Shown here piece by piece: positions 25,575 through 38,250 of a DNA stretch of 60,000 nt. Source of the DNA: Malacoraja senta (Eukaryota); the NCBI GenBank assembly GCA_038087875.1, contig CM075996.1, forward strand, positions 994,001-1,054,000. Direction: 5' to 3'. Below the pieces are notes generated by a model. It was not told where the DNA came from, ran no database searches, and worked only from the letters and a program-made list of their open reading frames with translations. Both the position numbers and the translations under genes were made by a program. The first letter of the stretch is position 1. The number at the start of each line of letters is the position of its first letter.

Positions 25575-26313
25575 CTGGAGCAGTAAAGTATTTTATGATC
25601 AACTTCATAGAAAGAGGCCATTCATCCCACTGAATCCATGCTGACCATCAACCACCCAATTACGCGAATACTACAACAATCCCTTTTTAAAATTAGTTAT
25701 TTAATTTATCTTAGCCATTCAATAAGTCAGTGTCATACAACATGGGCCCTTCGGCTCACCCTGTCTATGTGGAACAGAACCTATACTCAGCGGGACAGGC
25801 AGCATCTCTGGAGAAAAAGGATAGGTGACGTTTCGGGTCGAGACCACCTTCTTCAGATCACATTCAAATACATATCTTCCATTTCCCCAGTTTAGCTTCA
25901 GCCCCTTTCCCCCAGTCACTGCAAGAATGCATTCCCTTTGTCCTGGCCTTCACTGCTGCCAGCTTCCTTATCCAACCCATTATCCTCCATAATGTTCACC
26001 ATCTCCAGCGTGATGCCACCAGCAGAGTCTGAGTCATACAGCATAGAAACAGGCCCTTCAGCCGAGCTTGTCCATGCTAACCAAGATGCCTATCTAAGCT
26101 AGTCCCATCGTTTGGCTGATGTCCCTCTAAACCCTCCTATCCATGTACGAGTCCCGCTGCAACTTAAAACACATTTTCCTCACTTTTCTTAGCTGTGGAC
26201 GGATTTGTTGATTGGATATATGACGCGTTCCTTTCTCCACAGATGTTGCCCAATCTGCTGAGTATTACAAGCATTTTCTGATATTTGTTCGGTAGCTTGA
26301 ATTTACAGATTAC

Positions 26314-26467
26314 TGTCTGTAGCATAATGATAGTGGTGTCCACGGAGCGATGGGGCTGTGCTGTTCCAGCCAAGGTGTCTGTGCCCCGAGACCTGCCCTG
26401 CCCTTATGCCCATCCTTCACCAGCAGTACCTCGACACATTGTCACCCCGCAACCAAAACTCCTCCAG
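26314..26467 (-). pseudogene. Exon (EVLLVKDGHKGRAGLGAQ / DTLAGTAQPHRSVDTTIIMLQT), DUF4347-like N-terminal part
   Basis: Acceptor TTTTGTTTAATAG, donor GTAATC; resembles the recalled pattern EVVVLD..RDGLAQI..ALAG...IDAIHI; frameshifted. Confidence 0.5.
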
Positions 26468-26547
26468 CTATTAAACAAAACCTGCACCTTCATTGCTAGC
26501 ATGGTGCAGGCTAGAGCTCAGGCTCGAGAGGATAAACACTCGCGTGT

Positions 26548-26807
26548 ATTTAACCAACGAAAGACATTCTGAAACTTGGTCAAGTGACAATAAAGGAAGC
26601 ACAGCCCCGGGTCCCACAAGATGCAGTGTGGATATGTGCAGTTGTGAAACAAATACCAGTCTGAAAGTCAGAAGTCACTAAACAGCTCTTTAAGACAAAC
26701 AGACTGGTATTTGTTCCTCAACTACACATATCCACACTGCATCTTATGGGACCCGGTTCCTTTATTGTCACTTGACCAAGTTTCAGAATGTCTTTCGCTG
26801 GTTAAAT
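26548..26807. repeat. Long inverted repeat / hairpin (MITE-like)
   Basis: ~110-bp arms (ATTTAACC...ACCAGTCTG / CAGACTGGT...GGTTAAAT) with a ~36-nt spacer. Confidence 0.9.
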
Positions 26808-27279
26808 GGACTATCTCTGCAGCTAGGGTTGTCAATGTCCTGAAGTTTAGGTGCCATTTTGGGTCAAGACTATGTTTCAGACTGAGTCAGGGGAGAGGGG
26901 AACTAGATGTATGAAAAGCACAAATCAAAGCCAGCCAGATTTGGCCATTTCTTACCCGCTACCCACTGGTTCCTTTACGTGGCGACTCGTACTGTACGCA
27001 AACGAAGAATCTCACTGTACCAAGAACACGTGACAATAAAGTATCAATCAATCAAGTAGGGTCTTGACCCGAAATGTTCCCTATTCCTTTTCTCCAGAGA
27101 TGCTGCCTGATCTGCTGATTTACTCCAGCTTTTTGTGTCTATCTTCAGTGTAAACCAGCTCTGCAGTTCTTTCCTACCGATGCAGAGGTTTAGAGATGAG
27201 TTTATTTGCTATAATTGTTTTGGAGGCTGAGCTGTATTCAATGAATAGCGTCCTGGCATCTTATCATCAAGTGGTCCAC

Positions 27280-27557
27280 AGTGTTGCTGCCTTACAGCGC
27301 TTGCAGCACCAAACACCCGGGTTCAATCCCGACTATGGGTGCTGTCTGTACCGAGTTTGTACGTTCTCCGTGACCTGCGTGGGTTTTCTCCGAGATCTTC
27401 GGTTTCCTCCCACATTCCAAATACGTACACGTTTGCACGTTAATTGGCTTGGTATATGTGTAAATTGTCCCTAGTGTGTGTTAATGTGTGGGGATCGCTT
27501 GTCGGTGCGGACCCGGTGGGCCGAAGGGCCTGTGCGCTGTATCTCTAAACTAAACTA
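27280..27557 (+). mobile_element. HE1-type V-SINE
   Basis: GGTTCAATCC B-box, V-domain, (CTAAA)n tail. Confidence 0.85.
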
Positions 27558-27739
27558 ATCAAGGTGGCCCAGAGTTGACTGCAATGCCAGAGAGATGGGA
27601 TGGTGTCCTCTGGAGATGTTGTACGTGAACTGAAAGGGATCTGGATTATCTGGAATCGAGGGGCAGATGTGATTCACAACCAATCATTTATTAATGGTGG
27701 ATGTTAGTCTACAGGGCGGTTTTCATTGTGACAGGTTGC

Positions 27740-28341
27740 TTGACTCTTAAAAGAACAGCTCAATCTTAATGAAGATTAGTGTTGAACATGGTGATAGACA
27801 TCCCTCAGTGTCCTGCCGAGCCAATTGATTGTTTTGATGGGGGAATAAGACAAGATATTATTCCTGTTGAGCAGTGAATATTTCTGAGCAGATTCCACAG
27901 GCTGCTCTTGCTGTGCAGCTGGCAAATCCCTTGCCATGCGACTCTGTATATATAGATGATGAACTCACCCTGTCTCTCCGTCCCCATCACTGAAACCGCC
28001 AGGGCACAGAACGATGGCCAAAGACCTTTTATGATCACTGGGGGCTTCCTAACGACCCCAGAGCTCAGGATTCTGTTTGTTATTTTTAGTTACAGGAAGT
28101 TCCATGGGACCTATCTCTTGGCAGCACTTCATTGACAGCGAGATGAAACGTCCTGTCTTTCCAATTAGCACTGCCTCAGCCGGCAGAACAAGGAGGCTTT
28201 GCTCAAACTAACTTTGGTCCCTTGGAGACATGATGAAGGGTATGACTGACTCTGAAAGTCGATCTTAATCGCACTCCGCACAATGTCCTCTCAGCTGAGT
28301 GCAGCTGACGTAAGCATAATACTCAGGTTTCTCACACAGTC
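27740..28341 (-). pseudogene. Large decayed exon encoding one DUF4347-like unit
   Basis: Frameshifted segments IMLTSAALS*EDIVRSAIK / SLLVLPAEAVLIGKTGRFISL / NFL*LKITNRIL...GEFIIYIY...LLRNIHCSTGI; boundaries uncertain. Confidence 0.45.
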
Positions 28342-28344
28342 CTG

Positions 28345-28600
28345 CAGCACAAACAGGCCCTTCGGCCCATCGAGTCCGTTCTGACCATCAAACACTTATT
28401 TACACTAATCCTACATTCCCATCAACTCCCCTACCCTCTGGAACACACCAGAGACAGAGACGGTGGCTAATGAACCTCGCTTTAGGATGTGGGTGGAAAC
28501 CGGAGCACTCGGGGGAAACTCACGTGGTCACAGGAAGAGCGTGCAAACTTCACACAGACAGTGCCGGATTGAACTGGGTCTCTGGCGCTGTGAGGCAGCC
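28345..28600 (-). mobile_element. V-SINE (degenerate)
   Basis: Reverse complement of the HE1-like head and tail. Confidence 0.7.
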
Positions 28601-29009
28601 GCTCACAAGAACCAAAAACCAGCAGGCATTTTTGTAGCAGACGTCCGCTGGTTAATGAGTGTTTAATCCTGAGAACTTTCCATAACCCAATCCTCCAGAG
28701 GTGCACATACTACAGATACCAACATCATATCACTCCACATACACCTGAACCATCCTCTCACTTTGTGGAATAATAACCAAAACATAATTAAACTAATGGA
28801 TTATATACTGTATCCCGTCAATAATGAACACCACAAAGCCTTTATTAATATTACAGCCTTGAAAAATGCTTTAAAATAAATGGGAGAATTTGAATAAAGT
28901 CCCTCGTGACCCAGGGATCCCTGTACCTCCAAGCCCATGATTTGGCTGAGGGCATATTCTGTATGTGAGACCTTGCTGTGCAGACTGGCTGCTGCCTTAC
29001 CCACACACA

Positions 29010-30275
29010 AATCATAAGTTCACAAGTGATGGGCCATTCGGCCCATTAAGTCTACACCACTATCCAATTGTGGCTGATCTATCTTCAAATCAACCCCATT
29101 CTCCTGCCTTCTCCCCATAACCCCTGACACCCGTACTAATCAAGAATCTATCTACCTCTGCCTTAAAAATATCCATTAATTTGGATTCCACAGCCTTCTG
29201 TGGCAAAGAATTCCACAGATTCACAGCCCTCTGACTAAAGAAATTCCTCCTCATCTCCTTCCTAAAGGGACGTCCTTTAATTCTGAGGCTGTGCCATCTA
29301 GTCCTAGACTCTCCCACTGGTGGAAACATCCTCTCCACGTCCACTCTATCCAGGACTTTCACCTGATCTGGACAACGACTAGGCCTGATGGGCAGCACAG
29401 TGGGAGGACAATCTCAGTCACGCGTGTGAGAGGGATCATGCGTGTGAGAGCAGAGGGCCAATGATACGCGTGGAGGACAAAGAGGCAGAGGCCGGTAGAA
29501 GAGAAGGAGAGGTTCACACAAAGCAAAGTTAGAGAGGGGTGAGAGTGCTGGATGTGACGGGAGAGCAGCGACTCAACAACTCCCGACACTCCACCTTAAA
29601 TTCTCCTTGGGAACAGTGGTCAGTGATGAATCTTGCTGCCACCATTTGGTCAGATGCAATCAGTCTTCAGTGCCAGCAGAATGATCACGGCTAGTGAGTT
29701 GGATAGCATGAAAACAGGCCCTTTGGCCCAACTCGTCCATACCGACCAAGATGCCTCACCTACAATAGTCCCATTTGCTTGCGTTTGGCCCATATCCCTC
29801 TAAACATTTCCTACCCATTGAACTTGCCCGAGTATCTTTAAATGTTGTTATTGTACCGGCCTCACCTACTTCCTCTGGCAGCTTGTAAGCACTATCCTAA
29901 GTGCAACAAAGTTGTCCCTCTGGCTCCTATTAAATTCTTCCTCTCTCACCTTAAGCCTATGTCCTCTGGTTCTTGATTCTCCTACCCTGGTTAAAAGACT
30001 CACCCTATCTCTTCCCCTCATGATTTTGTACACCTCTATAAGATCACCCCAGTGCTCCAAGGAATAAAGTCTAAGCCTGCTCAACCTCTGCCTGTAGCTC
30101 GGGCCCTGGAGTCCTGGCAACATCCTCGTAAATCTTCTCTGCAGCTTTTTCAGCGGAATGGCATCCTTCCTATAGCATGGTGTCCAGAATCAACACAGTT
30201 ATCTGCAAGTGGCCTCACCATATTCTTGTCCAACAGTAACATAATTCCCCAACTTGTAGAGTCAATGTTCTGACT
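29010..30275 (-). mobile_element. CR1 LINE 3' fragments (29010-29360, 29700-30275)
   Basis: GESRTR.H.L...G..F...RRNFFSQR and DLIEVYKIMRG motifs. Confidence 0.85.
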
Positions 30276-30493
30276 GTTGGCCATTTGCAGCTGGATTAAA
30301 CTGGCCGTGCAGAATGGAGACCATTGTTCCTCTGAGCATTTCAATCCCATTACCACAAAGTGAAAGATACGAGAGGCATTCTCTCCCTCTCTTGCTCGGA
30401 ATCCAGTTGCACAATCTTCTGTTAACCCATTGCCCGCACCCAGCCTGTACCAGCCACACACAGATTCTATCACCGTCTCCCGTGGTCTCTCAC

Positions 30494-30556
30494 CATCGGA
30501 GCTCACTCCCAGGGCCACAATGAGCAGCCAGGTAGAGCCACAAGCACCAATGACAC
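30494..30556 (-). pseudogene. Candidate signal-peptide exon (I/M)GACGSTWLLIVALGVSSD
   Basis: Acceptor TTTTGATTCTCAG, donor GTGAGA in phase 1; GTC-ATT-G would be a Kozak-like GTC-ATG-G with one change. Confidence 0.35.
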
Positions 30557-33500
30557 CTGAGAATCAAAACTGAGAAGCTGGCCATTCGGCCCTGCTGCCG
30601 TGTTGGTGTTTATAATATACACAGGCTGTAAAACTGTAAATCCTGAACCGCCATAGCCTTCTAGAATATTCCAAAGATTCAACACCCTGGAGTTGAAGAC
30701 ATTTCTTCTCATCTCTGATAGTGCTGGACCAGGGAACAACATCTCAGTCTGAAGAAGGGTCCTGACCTGAAACGTCACCTATCCGTTTTCTCCAGAGATG
30801 CTGCCTGACCTGCTGAGTTGCTCCAGTACTTTGTATCTATCTTTGGAATAACCAGCATCTGCAGTTCTTTGTTTCTCCTCTTCTCACCTCTTCCTGAATG
30901 ATCTGCTTACACTGAGACTGTCCTATGGTTCTATCTACCATGGCCATGCCTCATCTGTTCTGCTGAGTAGTGAGGCTGTTTTGCATCTTCCAATGATATC
31001 AACTCTCATTCACGTAAACCCTGGTCTGTAGAGGGTCTGTGAGGGATTGACACAGGGCAAACCGCCCCACCCCAAATATCAACCTCGTGAATCTTTGCCA
31101 TGCTCTCTGACTCACAAGTCTATCCTTTCTTGAGTAACTTGTGATGAAGGAGGCTATTCGACCCATCAGATCCATGCTAGCTACCAGCGATCATTCCCAT
31201 TGCAGCCATTCTCCTTCCACGTATTTCCCCGGTTAGAGTGTGAATGACAGCCTGGATTTCACCAAAGCCATCTACTCGAAACATGACATCTTATGTCTAA
31301 TATCAAATCCCAGCTGGGCCTTGAGGTTTGGGTTCCCTTATGGAGTATGACTAAATTAAAAACCTATGTGGTGAAGGTAATCACTTTACGCTCCAGGAAT
31401 ACCGTTTCCATGAAATCCCTCAGGATTCCTCGTGAATCTGGAGAAATGTATGAGAAAGTTTTGCGCCTGTCAAAATGTTAGGCCCGGACAACAGGTGCAG
31501 AGCTTGCAGATCAGAACAGTCTCTAACCTTGAGGTAAACAACATGTGGCCACACACGCTCTTCTGTAAATAGCATCTCCTGACATCTCAGAGGTCACTGA
31601 TGCCAGAGGAGTTTGGCCATTTCGCAAGAACCTGGTTGTAGGAGTGCAGAGCGAGACAGCAGATTTCCCCAGGCAGAAACTTTAGTCGCAAGGAAGGAGG
31701 TGGTGAATTCTATCTCCCAGTCTAGAGCGACTAGAGTCGGTAGGGATACCTCTGGCAACTGGGAACTCCTTCAGGAAAAGCCACACGGCTCTCCATCCTG
31801 TTCATGATGGAGTCTGGGACAATGGTCTCCTCAAGACTCCACCTTCAAGGGGCTGGATGGCCTCTCCTGCTCCCAGAGTGGTAAAACATTTGAGATAAGT
31901 CAGGGTAACTAAACACTCTGAGTGTAAATGCAGAGTTCACTTGTCATCATTTCCAGTATTGACCTGGTGAGGATTCCAGACCACATCCAAGACACAAAAA
32001 CAAAATCACAATGTGTGCAGGAACACCAGAGACCAGGAGCAGGAGTGGGCCACTCGGCCCCTCAAGCTAGCCCTGCTGTTCAATATGATCATGGCCGATC
32101 TGCCTCAGCCCTCAAGCCCCGCGCTGTGGCAGATACCCAAAGCTCTCAATCCTCTGACCTTTGAAAAATCGTTATACCTCCATTTTAAATACTTCTAATG
32201 AGCCATCGTCCATGGCACCCTGGAGCAGGAAATTCCAGAGATTCACCACCCTCTGCCTGTAATATATCCCATCGTTAAATGACTGGCTTACTTCAAACCA
32301 TGTCCCCTTGTTTATAACAACGACACCACTGAAAACATCAACTCCACCCTGTCATGGTTGCCTCTTATTCTTCCTCAATTCCTCTTGTTCTTCAGTGATT
32401 CTGCATTGTTACAACATATTTATGGTGTTTGGACGCTTTCCACAATCTGATGATGATAAGGTTTCAGATTTAAAGCTGCCGCTAATGCCTCGTAAATAGC
32501 TTTCTCTCCTGGGCAGGCTTGTGGTTTTACGTTGCCAGTAGTGACTCTGTGAGTCCTACACTTGCTCTGAATCAAGAGTTCTTGGCTTTGACTCGGAAGG
32601 AGAGAGATGCTGCCTCTTAGGCCTTGAACCGAAGACCCTCAGCTATTGCTATTGTTTTTCCCAATACCTATTCCAGCATCGGAGTTGCCAATATGATCAC
32701 AATGTTTGGCACAAACCTGATAATACAGTCATAGAGTCGTGGAGTTGCACAACTCAGAAACAGACCCTTGCAGGCCGAACGTGATACCTGTCCATGATAA
32801 TCTCATTTGCCCAGATCAGGCCCATATCCCTCTACTTCTTTCCTATCCAACTACCTGTCCAAATTCCCCTGACAGCTCTTTCTATTTAACCAGCACACTC
32901 TGTGTGAAACACTTGCTCCTGAGATGTCCTTTATATATCTCCCCTCTCGCATTAACCCTCTGCTATCTCGTTCCACACAGTCTCATGCAAGGAATCAGAC
33001 TCTGGTTTGTCTGCTCCTGCAACACTAAGGTCACCCCTCCACCTCCTGCGTTCCAGTTAGAAGAGAGACCATAAGCCAGGAGCAAGCTCCTAAACCCATG
33101 ATGCCGTTGCCAACCATGGTGACAATTACAACTGCCTGCACATGGCCATATCCCTGCATTCTCTGCCTGTTCATGTGCTGCCAAACTGCCTGTTAAACAT
33201 TGCGATTGTTATGCTCTCTCCATCCTCCAGCTCTGCATTCCAGGAACCGACGTTTGCCTCATAAATCTCCAATAAATTCCCATTCTCACCCGAAACCTAT
33301 GGCCTCCAGTCTTTGACATTTCCACTCTGGGGAAACAACTCTGGCTGTCTACCCTATCTATGCCTCATAATTTTATAAATTTATTTCAGGCCTCCCTCAA
33401 CCTCTGATGGTTCTCCTATCCTGGTTAAAAGTCTCTGTGCATCCACCCTATCCATTCCCCTCATGATCTATCTATACACTGCTATAAGGTGACTCCTCAT

Positions 33501-33971
33501 GCTTACCCCTCAACCTCAGCTCACATGTCCCAGCTCCCGGCAGTACGCAGCTTATCAATACACTGATCATTAATTTTCACTTTGATGGGTTTAAGGTGAG
33601 AGGGCAAAGATTTACTTGGGATCTGAGGGGCAACTCTTTCACACACAGAGTTGTGGGTATATGGAATGAGCTGACAGAGGAAGTACTTGAGGCAGATACG
33701 AGACATTTGGACAGGTAGATGGAGAGGAAAGATTTAGGGGGCAATGAACCAAATACAGGCAAATGGGACTAGCGTAAATGGATAGCACAGAGGAGTTGGG
33801 CTGAAGGGCCTGTTTCCATGCTGTATGACTCTATGAGTTTTAAGTTTTGCTCGTCACGCTGTCCGTTGGTTTCAATGCTGTGAAAGCCTTTCCTTTCTGG
33901 CATCTGTTATCAGTGTTACCTTTTTGCTCGGAGAACCTACTTGGTGAAACCAATGCTGGGTTCTAGCCTTA

Positions 33972-34680
<709 letters not shown>

Positions 34681-35004
34681 TTACACGATGAGGCTCAATC
34701 TGCTGGCCACACATCAGGTGGATGGTGCCCACTAGGTGGCGGTGGTGCCGTACATGGCAGCCCCGCCAACTGCCTGTCTCGTCTGTTTCTTCTTTTGCTG
34801 TTTTGGTCTGTGTTTACTTGTATGTTTTTAGTGCACCTTTAGATTTTGCATTATGTGTGGGGGGGGGGGAAAGGGAAACCTTTTTTATCTCTTTCCTCGA
34901 CGGAGATCCGACTTTTTCATCGTATCTCCGTCTGCGCAGCGGCTTTAACATCGTGGGGCTGGCGGTGCCTTTGTTAGGGATCGACTGCGGGAGCTCCAAC
35001 CGCA

Positions 35005-35222
35005 GGAGTTTCGATCACCCCGACTGTGGGAGTTTCGATTGTCCCGACTGTGGGAGTTTCGATCACCCCGACTGTGGGAGTTTTGATCGTCCCGACTGTG
35101 GGAGTTTCGATTGTCCCGACTGTGGAAGTTTCGATTGTCCCGACTGTGGGAGTTTCGATTGTCCCGACTGTGGGAATTTCGATTGTCCCGACTGTGGGAA
35201 TTTCGATCGTCCCGACTGTGGG
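35005..35222. repeat. 24-bp minisatellite GGAGTTTCGAT(T/C)GTCCCGACTGTG, ~9 copies, inside a GC-rich retroposon-like repeat
   Basis: Direct tandem copies. Confidence 0.95.
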
Positions 35223-35269
35223 AGAAAAGGAGGAAAGAAAGTATAGGTTATTTGCCTTCTATCACAGTG

Positions 35270-35460
35270 AGGAATGTGAGGTCGCTGAAAAAACAAGATG
35301 GACGAGCTGCCTGCACTGGTGGGGGGCTCGGAGGGAGTGCCGTGAGTGCAGTGATCTCGGTGTTTGCGGGGACATGGCTTCATGGGGACATCCCGGAGTC
35401 TTGTGCGAGTGTGGACGGCTTTCTGACTGTTCAGGTGGACAGGGACTGTAGAGAGGGTGA
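35270..35460 (+). mobile_element. Rex1/Babar AP-endonuclease fragment
   Basis: NVRSL..KMDEL...F..TWLHGDIPES..SVDGFLTVQVDRD with frameshifts. Confidence 0.75.
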
Positions 35461-35517
35461 CAACTCTGGTCACATCACGGTGAAGGAGCGTGTGTTTAGG
35501 TCGGTGGGGGCGCTGCA

Positions 35518-36428
35518 AGCCGGCGCCATGTCAGCAGCGTGTACGTTTTTTTCAACTTTTTTGTTTTTTTAGTATGTTTAAATGTATGTTTTTAATGTCT
35601 CTCTGTGTGTCTTGTGTGGGGGGGTGAGGGGGAAACCGCTTCGGTCCCCTCCTCCACGGAGAGGCGACTTTTTCCAGGTCGCCTCCCCGTGGCCTAACAG
35701 CAAGGATCGGTGCGACCTTTCCCGGAGACGCGCCCGGGGCTTCAGCGGCGGGCGCAGCGCGGACTCTCGGCGTGGAGCGTGTGAGCCCTCGCTGGGGCTC
35801 GCCGGAGGGGAGCGCTCCGTTTCGCTGGCCCGTGGCAGCCGGCAGCCTGAAGCCGCGGTCTGCGGAGCTCCAGCCGGTGCAGCGTCCGCAGCCCGGGATC
35901 CCTCGTGCGGGACCCGGGAGAAGAAGAGCTCCAACTGCCGGCCCGCGGCCTACTTCTACCGTGGGCGCGGCGGGGACTAACTTACCATCAGGAGCCGGGG
36001 TCCCTCGCCAGGGATCCCTGGAGGGGAGCTCCAGACTGCCGGCCCTGCAGTCTGCGGTGCTTCTGGCTGCGGTGCGAACTTTAAATCTTCGACCGCCGGC
36101 CTATGGCCTACACCAACTTGAAAGCCGCGGTCTCCGGTGGGGACCAAATTCAGGACTTACCTGGACTTACCTTGTCTGAACATCTGGACGCCCGCAGCGA
36201 CGACTGCGGAGGGTTGAGGTCCCGACCACGGGGGAAAGTGGAGGAGGACTGGCCAATTTTTGTGCCTACCACCACAGTGATGAATGCTGTGGTGGATGTT
36301 TGTGTTCAATTTTTATTGTGTATTGTGTGTTCTTTATCATTGTACCGCTGCTGGCAAATTCACTTCACTTGCACTTTATGTGCAATGCGACGAATAAAAC
36401 CGTATTGTATTGTATTGTATTGTATTGT
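35518..36428 (+). mobile_element. CpG-rich non-autonomous retroposon (relatives at ~24420-24840 +, ~34715-35270 +, ~38250-38980 -)
   Basis: Shared 5' T-rich/G-rich motifs and CACCACAGTGA motif; AATAAA plus (GTATT)n tail. Confidence 0.6.
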
Positions 36429-38119
36429 GTGGCCCGGACATTGAACTGATGGCTGTGGGTCTCCGCTTATGCTATGTGGTTATGGTTATATGTTCCCTGG
36501 GGATTCCCACATCCCGCTGTGGTGGCTGTTTAAGTCTATTTAATTTTTATGTGGTTATGTATCTTGTTGCTTTTTTATATGACCATTGGCAAATCAAATT
36601 CCTTGCATGTTTACATACTTGGCTAATAAATGGATTACAATTACAATTCATCAGCAGTGCAGCTTCCAGCAGTCTCACCCTTCACACGATCGCACCCTGA
36701 CTTGGGCTGAGTGGCGATTGCTGCCTTCTGCCCATTCACTGCACTAACGGGGTGAGTTGGTCGGCATTCTGCAGCAGTTTTCACAAATTATCTACAATTT
36801 AATTATAGAAACAGAAAATGCTGCAAAAGCTTCAGCAAGTCAGGCAGCATCTGTGGAAAGAGAAACAGACTGAGAGAGAGACTCATTAGTCGCAGTTGCA
36901 GAGAAGGTGGGAGAGTGACGTTTGAGTTTAGTTTATTGTCACATGTACCCAGGTACAGTGAAAAGCTTTTGTTGCATGCTATCCAGTCACCAAAGGCCTG
37001 GAACAAAGACCTGGGCCCGCTCTGGTTGGGTGCAATAGGCAATGTTTCTCTCTCCACGGATGCTGAGTTTTTCCTCACATTTTTGTTTTCATTTAAAATT
37101 TCTAACATTTGTGTACTGTTTTTATTTCCATCAATTTAGTAATTTCAATGATTGCCTGACTTGTGGACACCCCTACATACGAACGAGCTGCCATTATATT
37201 ATTAAATTAAAGAACCCGACATGCATCACACTTTCACCCTATGAATGCAGAACTAGTCTCTTCCTTCCACTTTTGGCATTGTTATTCTTTATCATGGCAT
37301 GTCCACCCATTATTACACTAGTGTGGAGGTAAGGTCACCACAGCTAAAGATCTTTGTGCATCTTGTGACTTAGGGATGATTGAAATATCTGAACCCGTTC
37401 ATTATGGAGAACTGCCTGCACCCTTTTCATCCCTTACCCAGATTGTACAAAGGATCTCCCACCCCAAAACATTCAGTCTGTTTCTCTCCACACACACTGC
37501 CTGACCTGTTGAGCGTTTTCCTCTGATCTTTGATGAGTTATTTAACCCTCTCAGGAGCCTGACATCACAAGTGATCTCAAACAGTACCATGCTGCTCCAG
37601 GCCAAAACATGTTCTTTTACGTTGACCCCACAAAGCTATTTAAATATATCTATTAAAAGATGTACAGTTAGATTGTTCTAAATTTATATCAGGACAGGAA
37701 GTCAGAGGAATCAGTCTGCTGAAAGAACTGACTATTTTTAATTTGTCCACAGGATGTTGAAGTTGCAGGTAACGCTGACCTTTACTGTACATTCCTGACT
37801 GAGTGTTGGTGAAGAGTGAAATGCTCAGATGGATCTGGACCACGTGAGATAAGAGCAGCGTAATCCTTCCCTGAAGAACAATATTGGCCCTCAGTATAGT
37901 ACAGGTATATCACTGATGCTCCAGCACCCTAGCTTGCTGAGCCTTGCTGGAGTATCCATTTCACCAGACTAGAGGCCATGTAATAATATTTCAACAACAC
38001 AAGCGCAGGTGAAGAAGGGTCTTGACCTGAAACGTCACCCATTCCTTCTCTCCAGAGATGCTGCCTGACCTGCTGAGTTACTCCAGCTTTTTCAGAATCA
38101 GAATCAGAATCAGATTTTG

Positions 38120-38250
38120 AGTCTGAAGAAGGGTTTCGGCCCGAAACGTTGCCTATTTCCTTCGCTCCATAGATGCTGCCGCACCTGCTGAGTTTCTCCA
38201 GCAATTTTGTCTACCTTCGATTTTCCAGCATCTGCAGTTCCTTCTTGAAC
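38120..38250 (+). mobile_element. Penelope-type terminal repeat with the best-preserved hammerhead core
   Basis: CTGAAGA-A-GGGT-TTCG-GCCC-GAAACGTT at 38123-38150. Confidence 0.65.

Noticed and set aside
34722..35246. ORF with (DCGSFDCP)n resembling a metal-binding repeat protein
   Set aside because: Translation of a 24-bp minisatellite inside a retroposon-like repeat; no splice or start context.
35518..36250. CpG-island-like promoter
   Set aside because: Shares ends and motifs with other interspersed copies and has a microsatellite tail, so it is a young retroposon.
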